From the NCBI GenBank assembly GCA_963791345.1, contig CAWBRS010000002.1, positions 22,707-86,706 on the forward strand: a DNA stretch of 64,000 bases, written 5' to 3'. The notes under the pieces are model-generated. The model worked only from the letters and a program-made list of their open reading frames with translations, made no database searches and was not told the origin of the DNA. Position numbers and translations under genes: made by a program. This DNA comes from an uncultured Thermoleophilia bacterium (lineage in GTDB: Bacteria; Actinomycetota; Thermoleophilia; UBA2241). Positions 21,900 through 29,304 of the stretch are shown here, piece after piece (positions within the stretch are counted from its first letter, which is position 1; each line of letters starts with the position of its first letter).

Positions 21900-21995
21900 T
21901 GCGGCGGCTGCGAAGTGCTGCAGTCGGCGGTCGCCGCGTCGGCCGAGCACGGCGGCCGCCGTCGTGTCCGGCGCGAGGCGGCGGTCCACAACGGC

Positions 21996-22034
21996 AAGGG
22001 CCGGGCGGTCCCCCGCGGGGACCGCCCGGCCCTT
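21996..22034. terminator. Bidirectional hairpin terminator between decarboxylase and htrA
   Basis: AAGGGCCGGGCGGTCCCC-CGC-GGGGACCGCCCGGCCCTT. Confidence 0.65.
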
Positions 22035-22085
22035 CGTCGCTGCTGGTCGCGGCGCTTCGTCCGCGCTCGCGTCCGTCGTCCGGGC

Positions 22086-23267
22086 TCAGTACGCCTGCGG
22101 CCTGACCTCGAGGGTGACGTTCACGTCGGTCGTCGCGCCGTCGCGCAGGACCGTCAGTGTGATCTCGTCGCCCGGCGACTTCTCGGAGATGGTACCGGCG
22201 AGCTCCTCCATGCTGGTCACGGCCTCACCGTCGATGGCGGTGATGATGTCGCCGCCGACCACGTAGGGCTGGCCCTGCACGCTGGTCTCACTGGTGCCGC
22301 CCTGCAGGCCCGCCTCGGCGGCGGGGCTGCCGTCCACGACCTCGGCCACCAGCACGCCCTCGCCCTCGATGCCGAGCGCGGCGGCGATGTCGGCGGTCAG
22401 GGTCTGGCCCTGGATGCCGAGCCAGGCGTACTCGACCTGGCCGCCGTCCTTGAGCTGCTCCATGACGCGGATCGCGGTGTTGATCGGGACGGCGAAGCCG
22501 AGACCCTGGTTGCCGCCGGACTCGGAGGCGATCTGCTCGTTGATGCCGATCACGTGGCCGGTCGCGTCGATGAGCGGGCCGCCGGAGTTGCCGGAGTTGA
22601 TGGCGGCGTCGGTCTGGATGCCGTTGGAGATGATGGAGCCGTTCGGCGACTGGAGCTCGCGGTCGAGGGCGGAGACGACACCCGTCGTCAGGGTGAAGTC
22701 GAAGCCCAGCGGGTTGCCGATCGCGACCACGGGCTCGCCGACGTTCAGCTCGTCGGAGTCGCCGAGCGGGATCACGGTCAGGTCGCCGACCTCGTCGGGG
22801 TCGATCTTGAGCAGGGCCACGTCGCTCGAGTCGTCGGCGCCGACGACCGTGGCCGTCACCTTGGTGCCCGCCGACTCCTCGTCCTTGAAGCTCACGGTCA
22901 CCGACTCGGCGGTCACGCCGCTCTCGCTGACCACGTGGGCGTTGGTCAGGATGTAGCCGTCCTCGGACACGACGAACCCCGTGCCGAGCGCCTGCTGCGA
23001 GCCGCTGCTGGGGCTGTACGGATCCATCGACGAGGCCGCGGAGAAGGTGGCGACGACCTCGACCACTCCCTGGGCGTAGGTGTCGTAGATCTCCTCGGGG
23101 GTCATGCCGGTGGTCGTCATCGAGACGGTGCTCGTCTGCGCCGGCTCGACCACGGTCTTCGTCACACTCTCCACGGGGACGAGCCCGGTCGCGAGCGCGA
23201 GCGTCATGCTGCCGACCGCGGCCACGATGCCGAGGGCGATGCTCGCTACGGCGGTACGCATCCTCAT
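22086..23267 (-). CDS. htrA: HtrA/DegP-family serine protease with PDZ domain
   Basis: LTNAHVV, SDVALLK, QTDAAINSGNSGGPL, PDZ with GSPAAEAGL; N-terminal TM. Confidence 0.92.
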   Translation of the reverse strand: MRMRTAVASIALGIVAAVGSMTLALATGLVPVESVTKTVVEPAQTSTVSMTTTGMTPEEIYDTYAQGVVEVVATFSAASSMDPYSPSSGSQQALGTGFVVSEDGYILTNAHVVSESGVTAESVTVSFKDEESAGTKVTATVVGADDSSDVALLKIDPDEVGDLTVIPLGDSDELNVGEPVVAIGNPLGFDFTLTTGVVSALDRELQSPNGSIISNGIQTDAAINSGNSGGPLIDATGHVIGINEQIASESGGNQGLGFAVPINTAIRVMEQLKDGGQVEYAWLGIQGQTLTADIAAALGIEGEGVLVAEVVDGSPAAEAGLQGGTSETSVQGQPYVVGGDIITAIDGEAVTSMEELAGTISEKSPGDEITLTVLRDGATTDVNVTLEVRPQAY

Positions 23268-23574
23268 CGTCTGTCACCTTCCTTGGTCCTGGGGACCGCT
23301 GCTGGGGGCGCCGGGCCGGCGGCCGCGAGGGGGGCGCGCCCGCCGGCCCGGCTGGGGGCCGTCTTCGTTGTGTGTGAGTCAGTTGTAGCCGCCCGGGTTG
23401 TGGTGGACCTGAATGGATGCTGGGAACTTCCTGTGAGTCCGCGGGCTCTGCGGCACCTCTGCGAAACGCCGGTCGATGACGGCATATGCAGACCGCAGAA
23501 GTCCGCCGAGGCGTCACGTCGTACCCGGCCAGACAACGCCTCAGTGCAGGGTTTCCTACTTCCACGCCGCCCGC

Positions 23575-23646
23575 GGTGCTATCCTCGTAGCCTGAAAGGG
23601 CCGGCAGTGTGAAGGACTCTCCCACACTGCAGACTACTTGTTAGAG
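23575..23646 (+). promoter_or_regulatory. Putative cassette promoter and attI-like entry site of the cassette array
   Basis: TATCCT -10-like hexamer at 23580; GCAGTGTG/CACACTGC hairpin; core GTTAGAGC at 23640 complementary to GCTCTAAC ending cassette 1. Confidence 0.4.
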
Positions 23647-23665
23647 CCAGCAGGCAGGAGCGCAG

Positions 23666-24084
23666 GTGCACGGCGCAGAGCAGACGGCCAGTCCGCCCGT
23701 GCGTCTGCACTCACGCTCGGCCGCGTCGTCGTCGTGCTCCCTCTCGCGTTCGGCATCTACGGCGCACCTGTCCGGTCTGGCGTGCGCTACTCGCGCGCGC
23801 CGGACCAGGACACCCTCTTCTACGTGGCTCGGTGCCGCGGTCGACCTGGCGCCGCTCCTCCTCTACGCCTTCGCCGCGTTCCTCGTGCTCACCGGTCGCC
23901 GCCCTCTCGCCGGCTGGACGCTCCTCTTCGTCTCGTGGCGTCGTCCTCAGCGCGATCGCCGCCTACTACCTCTGGCAGTACCGCGACTGGGGCAGCGCTC
24001 ATGGCTGTACCGCCCTACCTGACCGCGCTCGCGCTCGTGGAGCTCCTGCGTGGGCGCAGGCCGGTGGTCACAGCCTCCGGCTGA
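23666..24084 (+). CDS. Cassette 1: hypothetical membrane protein (frameshifted)
   Basis: AGGAG RBS; several hydrophobic segments distributed over frames. Confidence 0.45.
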
Positions 24085-24100
24085 TCATGGCGTTGAGCAG

Positions 24101-24190
24101 CTCTAACCAGCGCATCGAGCTGATTGGCCCGCAGCGTAAGATGAGGCGCAACGCGCAGCGAGCCAACAGCTCATGCGCACCACGTTGATG
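24101..24190 (+). repeat. attC site 1
   Basis: CTCTAAC-CAGCGC-ATCGAGCTG...CAGCTCAT-GCGCACCAC-GTTGATG; R''/L''/L'/R' layout with extrahelical base. Confidence 0.8.
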
Positions 24191-24399
24191 CGCAAGCAGG
24201 GGCGCATCGGCGGCATGTCGACCGTACGTCGCCGTCACGGCGGCGGCAACTCGACCACCACGCAGGTTGCCGACCCCCGTGGCCGCCGCCGGTCGCGACG
24301 CTCGCCCTGGCCCGTGACTTCGCCATCGTCATCCAGTCCCGCTGCGTGCAGTCCGGGCTCAGGGCTCCGTGCGTCCACGGGCGACGCTACGCCGCGTTG

Positions 24400-24493
24400 C
24401 CATAACCAGCGCGTCAGACCTGACTCGCAGACGGCCAGGCGTCGAGATACCTCCAGCGCAGACCGCTCGCAGGTTATGCACACCACGTTGTAC
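24400..24493 (+). repeat. attC site 2
   Basis: CCATAAC-CAGCGC...ACCTG...CAGGTTATGCACACCAC-GTTGTAC. Confidence 0.7.
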
Positions 24494-24517
24494 GGAACAG
24501 AACCTCGGCGGATCGGG

Positions 24518-25189
24518 GTGGCGACCGTGGACTACCAGGGCTCGCTCGAACTCGTAGAGCTCGACGCTCGCGGGAATGCTCGTGTCGCTGACTGTCTGTC
24601 GGACGGCAAGACGCTGGCGCAGCGGCTGGCGACCGAACTCCCCATCGCTGACGGCACGGTCTACGCCGTGGTCGGGCCCGGCGTTTCCGAAGACCACCTG
24701 TACCACTTCAAGTGGGGCGGCGTCGTACCCCAGATCCCGCCGGATCAGTCGGGCTGGCAGGAGGTCGTGACCGCCGGCGCGGTCTTTGCCCGGGCGGTCG
24801 CCGCGAGACTCCGCGACCTTTGTGGCACTCTCGTCGTACAGGACTGGCACGTCACGTCCTCGCATCCCGGTCTCGCGATTCGGGGGCACGAGCCCTGGCT
24901 CTTTGGCGAGGAGGTCTACTTCGTCAGCCGAGACAGCACTGTCGATGAGGCAGAGCATCTCCTCGCGATGGGCGACCTCTGGCCGGGACTCACCGCCCTC
25001 GTGGCGGAGGTCGATCTCCCCGCAGCACTTCGCCAGTCGGCTCACGAGATCGAGCCGTCGCTCCTCGATGAGCTGGTGGGTGGCGCGCGGGAGCTCATCA
25101 TCGGCGCCTACGACGGCGAGAGCTTCCTCTTGTGGGCGAGAGACTCGCACGCGGTGGAGTTCTACCGGTCGGCAATGGTGGCCGAGTAG
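24518..25189 (+). CDS. Cassette 3: hypothetical protein
   Basis: Intact ORF between attC2 and attC3; ends LIIGAYDGESFLLW. Confidence 0.6.
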   Translation: MATVDYQGSLELVELDARGNARVADCLSDGKTLAQRLATELPIADGTVYAVVGPGVSEDHLYHFKWGGVVPQIPPDQSGWQEVVTAGAVFARAVAARLRDLCGTLVVQDWHVTSSHPGLAIRGHEPWLFGEEVYFVSRDSTVDEAEHLLAMGDLWPGLTALVAEVDLPAALRQSAHEIEPSLLDELVGGARELIIGAYDGESFLLWARDSHAVEFYRSAMVAE

Positions 25190-25201
25190 CGTGCCCTGTC
25201 C

Positions 25202-25288
25202 GTCCAACCAGTGCATCAACCTGACGCGCCCACGCGCCGAGATATCCTTCAACGGCGCGGCGCGCAGGTTATGCACGCCACGTTAGGC
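25202..25288 (+). repeat. attC site 3
   Basis: GTCCAAC-CAGTGCATCAACCTG...CAGGTTATGCAC-GCCAC-GTTAGGC. Confidence 0.85.
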
Positions 25289-25316
25289 GCAAAGACGTGA
25301 CACCGACCGGGGGTCC

Positions 25317-25760
25317 ATGGTGAGCACGCGTATCGTCTCTCTTCCACTCGTTCTCCTCGCCGCCGCGCTCGCCGCCGCCTCTCTCCTGGGCGGCTGCGGC
25401 GATGAGGCGACCGCGGGCGAGGGAGCCGAAGCGTCGTCGTCACCGGCGCCCGCCTGGCTCGCTTCAGAGGCGGCGGCGCAGGCGGAGCGTCTCGGCGATC
25501 CTGCGCCGGAGGCCGCCTTCTGGCGCTACGACCCCACCCACGACAGCTACACCATCGTGCTCATCGGCGAGTTCGACACGGCTCACTCTATCCGCGACGG
25601 CGCCCTCCTCAGCCCTAGCGGGGCATCCGAGATCACCGTCGAGCCGAGCCGCTGGGTGCTGTTCACCTACAGTGGCCCGCACGCGGTCGAGGTGTTCGGC
25701 TGCGGGCCCCGTGAGTCCGACGGCCTGGCCCTTCCGGGCCTCCAGCCTCTCGATCTGTGA
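25317..25760 (+). CDS. Cassette 4: hypothetical lipoprotein
   Basis: Signal peptide with lipobox LLGGC. Confidence 0.65.
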   Translation: MVSTRIVSLPLVLLAAALAAASLLGGCGDEATAGEGAEASSSPAPAWLASEAAAQAERLGDPAPEAAFWRYDPTHDSYTIVLIGEFDTAHSIRDGALLSPSGASEITVEPSRWVLFTYSGPHAVEVFGCGPRESDGLALPGLQPLDL

Positions 25761-25819
25761 GCGGGCGTAGGTTTGAGGCGCTGCGCCTAACAAGCGCATC
25801 TTAGTGTCACTCTTCCCGC

Positions 25820-26010
25820 GGGATGCCTGACCAGAGTCAGGTAGCCTCGGCCCCGACGGCGGAGTGACCCAAAGCGCATCTGTCGCCCTTTCGGGCTGAC
25901 CGTCTGCTCTTCTGTCCCCCGCCGCCGGGAGCCGAGGGGTCGCCGACGTGACCTGATAGGAGCCTGGCCAAGAGGCCCCAGCTAAGGCGTGTCCGCCGGC
26001 GGTCCCCGCT
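25820..26010 (+). ncRNA. Predicted bridge RNA of the IS110 element
   Basis: 5' hairpin plus two internal loops; guides AAGCGCAT (25872-79) and GTCTGCTCT (25902-10) match attC; ATAGGAGC (25956-63) and CTAAG (25982-86) match element ends. Confidence 0.75.
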
Positions 26011-26039
26011 CGCACCGGTCGCAGCCGAGCAAGGGGGAC

Positions 26040-27090
26040 ATGCAGGTGATCGTAATCGGGATCGACCCGCACATGAAGAGCCACACCGCCGTGGCGCTCG
26101 ACGCCGCCAGCGGTCGCAGCCTCGGGCAGACGATCATCGCCAGCGACGCCGCCGGCTGCGCGGCGCTGATCGCCTGGGCGCGCCGCCTCGGAGATGAGCG
26201 CTGCTTCGCCATCGAGGACTGCCGCCACGTCTCCGGTCGCCTCGAGCGTCACCTGCTGCCCCACGGCGAGCGCCTCGTGCGCGTGCCGCCCAAGCTGATG
26301 GCCAAGGCGCGCGCCTCGGCGCGCACCTACGGCAAGTCGGACCCGATCGACGCCGAGTGCGTGGCCCGCGCGGCGCTGCGCGCAGCCGCACCTGCCCGAG
26401 GCGCGCCTCGCCGGACCCGAGGCCGACGTGCGCCTGCTCGCCGACCACCGCGACGACCTCGTCGGCGAGCGCCAGCGCGCTGCAGACTGCGCCTGCGCTG
26501 GCACCTCCACGACCTCGAGCTCGACCTCGCGCTGCCGCCGCGGGCGCTCGACCGCTACGTCTGGCTCGATCGCGTCGAGGCGTCCCTGCGCGCCCTGCCC
26601 GCGGGCACGCGCGTCCGCATCGCCCTCGAGCTCGTCGGCCGCTGCCGCGAGCTGACCCGCGAGGTGCGCGCCCTCGAGCGCGAGATCGGCGCGCTCATGC
26701 GCGCCCTCGCCCCCGAGCTGCTCGCGCTGCCCGGCTGCTCGGCGCTCTAGCGCGCGCAGCTCGTCGGTCAGGTGGCCGGCGCCGCGCGCTTCCGAAGCGA
26801 GGCCGCCTTCGCCATGCACACGGGCACCGCCCCGCTGCGCGGTCTCCTCGGGCAAGTCGCAGCGCCACCGCCTCAACCGCTGCGGCAACCGGCGCCTCAA
26901 CTCGGTCATCCACATGATCGCCGTGACGCAGGCGCGCATGCACCCGCCGGCGATCGCCTACCTGGCGCGCAAGCGCGCCCAGGGCATGAGCACGCGCGAG
27001 GCGCTGCGCTGCCTCAAGCGGCACATCGCGCGGACCGTGTTCAGGACCATGCGCCGGGCGGAGCTGGGCCGGCTGGCGGTATGCTGTTGA
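26040..27090 (+). CDS. IS110-family transposase/recombinase (frameshifts and one internal stop)
   Basis: IGIDPHMKSHTAV, AIED, GKSDPIDA (DEDD RuvC-like); HTGTAP..SSG..RHRLNRCGNRRLN; ALRCLKRH. Confidence 0.9.
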
Positions 27091-27207
27091 CATAGGAGCA
27101 AGAGCTGATTGGCCCGGGGCGTAAGATGACGCCGGAAGCGCAGCGAGCCAACAGCTCACGCGCACCACGTTCGGTGGGACGGCTGCATGGTCACGAGCGA
27201 GGATGTG

Positions 27208-28164
27208 ATGGCTCAACAGACAACAATGAAAGCGGTTGCGTGCCCCAAGTACGGGCCGCCGGAGGTGCTCAGACTCGTCGAAGTCCCTGTTCCGTCACCG
27301 ACGCCTGAACAGGTTCGGATTCGAATCCACGCGGCCGGCGTAACGATGAGCGACATCTTCATCCGCTCGGCGCGCGTCACTCCGCTGCTCCAAATCCCGT
27401 TTCGACTCATGATGGGAATCACGAAGCCGCGCGCGCCGGTCGTTGGCTTTGTATTCTCTGGCGTGATCGAACAGATCGGTGCGAGAATCACCCGCTTCAA
27501 ACTCGGTGACGAGGTCTTCTGCACGACCGGCTTCTCGCTCGGCGCGTATGCGGAGTACCGCTGCATGGCGGAAACCGACTCGAGGAACCATGGCTGTTTG
27601 GCGCTCAAGCCCCACAACCTCACCCACGAGGAAGCGACTGCGGCAGCGTATGGTGGATTGCTCGCCCTGCAGTACAGCGACAAGGGCAGCATAGAAGCGG
27701 GTGACGAAGTCCTGATCTACGGCGCCTCCGGTACGTCAGGTACGATCGCTGTTCAATACGCCAAGCACCTGGGTGCGCGCGTCACCGGCGTGTGTGGCCC
27801 TCACAACGTCGATCTCGTCAGATCACTCGGCGCCGACGAGATCATCGACTACACCAAGAGCGATGCCCCGCCCTCGGGCGCGCACTATGATTTCGTGCTG
27901 GACTCGGTCGGCGGTGTGAAGTCCTCTCCACTCAAGAAGGCCGTCAGAAGAGCTCTCAAACCGGGCGGCTCGTACGTCTCGATCGACGACGGCGACATGC
28001 TACTGGAGTCCGCGCGCTTGGATCAGATTCGTGAGCTCGTTGAGAGCAAGGCGATCACGCCGGTCCTCGGTCACACGTTCCCCATCGAGGAGATCGTCGA
28101 AGCGCACCGGTTGGTTGAATCCGGTCACAAACGCGGGGGTGTGGCAGTCACGATCGCGGGGTAG
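27208..28164 (+). CDS. Cassette 5: NAD(P)-dependent medium-chain dehydrogenase/reductase (quinone-reductase-like)
   Basis: YGPPEVL, GAYAEY, VLIYGASGTSG, LGADEIIDY, GHKRGGV; atypical lower-GC codon usage. Confidence 0.88.
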   Translation: MAQQTTMKAVACPKYGPPEVLRLVEVPVPSPTPEQVRIRIHAAGVTMSDIFIRSARVTPLLQIPFRLMMGITKPRAPVVGFVFSGVIEQIGARITRFKLGDEVFCTTGFSLGAYAEYRCMAETDSRNHGCLALKPHNLTHEEATAAAYGGLLALQYSDKGSIEAGDEVLIYGASGTSGTIAVQYAKHLGARVTGVCGPHNVDLVRSLGADEIIDYTKSDAPPSGAHYDFVLDSVGGVKSSPLKKAVRRALKPGGSYVSIDDGDMLLESARLDQIRELVESKAITPVLGHTFPIEEIVEAHRLVESGHKRGGVAVTIAG

Positions 28165-28242
28165 CTGCGTGAAACCACAGGCTCACCATCTCAATGACAA
28201 GTCACGCGAACGCGCCAGCCCCATGCCGACGGTGGAGGCCAC

Positions 28243-28332
28243 ACCGAACAAGTGCATCGAGCAGACCGGCGCCGAAGGTATGCTGAGCTCCGCCGGCTGC
28301 GAGGCCGGCAGCTCATGCACATCACGTTCGCC
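28243..28332 (+). repeat. attC site 5
   Basis: ACCGAAC-AAGTGCATCGAGCAG...CAGCTCATGCAC-ATCAC-GTTCGCC. Confidence 0.8.
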
Positions 28333-28346
28333 ACAACCCTGCGCAC

Positions 28347-28386
28347 TTGACATCCAGCGCCCCGACACGTACGCTTTGCTGTACGT
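28347..28386 (+). promoter_or_regulatory. TA promoter with autoregulatory palindrome
   Basis: TTGACA-N17-TACGCT; ACGTACG-N6-TGTACGT overlapping the -10. Confidence 0.7.
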
Positions 28387-28401
28387 ACTGGGAGGTCCGC
28401 G

Positions 28402-28644
28402 ATGACGACCATCAGCGCCACCGAGGCACGCAGACACCTCTACCAGCTCCTCGACGACGTGGCACGCTCGCACGAGCCGGTGCAGATCACCGGCAAGCGC
28501 GGCAACGCCGTGCTCGTCTCAGAGGACGACTGGCGTGCCGTGCAGGAGACGCTCTACCTCGTCTCGATCCCCGGTATGCGTGAGTCCATCCTCGAGGGCA
28601 TGGCGACGCCCGCCGCTGAGCTCGAAGACGAGCTCGACTGGTGA
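28402..28644 (+). CDS. yefM: Phd/YefM antitoxin
   Basis: ATEARRHLYQLLD, PVQITGKRGNAVLVSE, ETLYL. Confidence 0.92.
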   Translation: MTTISATEARRHLYQLLDDVARSHEPVQITGKRGNAVLVSEDDWRAVQETLYLVSIPGMRESILEGMATPAAELEDELDW

Positions 28645-28904
28645 GCTGGCGGCTGCTCTACACGAAGCAGGCGCGCAAGGACGCGAGGAAGCTCGCCGCG
28701 GCGGGTCTCAAGCCCAAGGCGCAGGAGCTGCTTGCGATCCTCGAGGCCGATCCGTTCCAATCGCCGCCGCCGTTCGAGAAGCTCGTCGGCGACCTCAGCG
28801 GCGCCTACTCGCGGCGCATCAACATCCAGCATCGCCTCGTGTATCAGGTAGTCGTCGACGAGCGTATCGTCAAGGTGCTCAGGATGTGGACCCATTACGG
28901 GTGA
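28641..28904 (+). CDS. yoeB: Txe/YoeB toxin
   Basis: FEKLVGDLSGAYSRRINIQHRLVY, RMWTHY; GTGA overlap with antitoxin. Confidence 0.92.
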   Translation: MSWRLLYTKQARKDARKLAAAGLKPKAQELLAILEADPFQSPPPFEKLVGDLSGAYSRRINIQHRLVYQVVVDERIVKVLRMWTHYG

Positions 28905-28907
28905 GGC

Positions 28908-29279
28908 TGAGTTCAAGTTCGAACCGCAACACCTGCGCTTCTGACGCTCTCTCCTACCGGGCTTGTACATAGCACTCCTCCGGGGTCCTGTAGCCCAAGC
29001 GTTTCCGCGGTCGTGTGTTGAGCTTCGCCGCGATCGCGTCGCAGTCGGCCTGGGTGACGTGGGCCATGCTCCGGCGTTTGGGCAGGTACTGGCGCAGGAG
29101 GCCGTTCGTGTTCTCGTACGTGCCCCGCTCCCAGGCGTGGTGCGGGGTCGCGAAGTAGAACAGCGTCCCGGTCTCGGCCTCGATCTCGGCGTAGCTGTGG
29201 AACTCGGAGCCGTTGTCGGCGGTCACGGTGGCCACGCGCCCCAGGTGGCGGTGTGAGTTCAAGTTCGAAGTGCAACACC
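28908..29279 (-). mobile_element. IS30-family remnant (3' transposase fragment between two direct copies of a terminal sequence)
   Basis: TVTADNGSEF, FATPHHAWERGTYENTNGLLRQYLPK, LNTRPRKRLGYRTP; 26-bp direct repeats at 28908 and 29254. Confidence 0.85.
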
Positions 29280-29304
29280 GGCGCCCCCGTCGCGCCTCCG
29301 TGTC

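Larger units (their letters stand above)
25800..27100 (+). mobile_element. IS110-family insertion sequence targeting attC
   Basis: About 240-bp upstream non-coding end, IS110 recombinase, short right end TTGACATAGGAGCA; no target duplication beyond a GCA(T) core. Confidence 0.9.
25785..27175 (+). repeat. attC site 4, split by IS110 insertion (halves 25785-25799 and 27101-27175)
   Basis: GCCTAACAAGCGCAT|AGAGCTGATTGGCCC...CAGCTCACGCGCACCACGTTCGGT; rejoined sequence is nearly identical to attC1. Confidence 0.85.
23640..28904 (+). mobile_element. Integron-type gene cassette array lacking a neighbouring integrase (CALIN-like)
   Basis: Five attC-like ~90-bp imperfect palindromes separating same-strand single genes; lower GC; terminal TA module. 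Confidence 0.8.

Noticed and set aside
26748-26750. In-frame TAG in the IS110 recombinase as a second pyrrolysine site
   Set aside because: It lies in an indel-rich stretch; a compensating indel pair restores an ordinary sequence, and Pyl is not known in this family.
24101-28332. Recurrent ~90-bp repeats as a CRISPR array
   Set aside because: Repeats are long, degenerate and separated by whole genes; no cas genes; the architecture fits attC.
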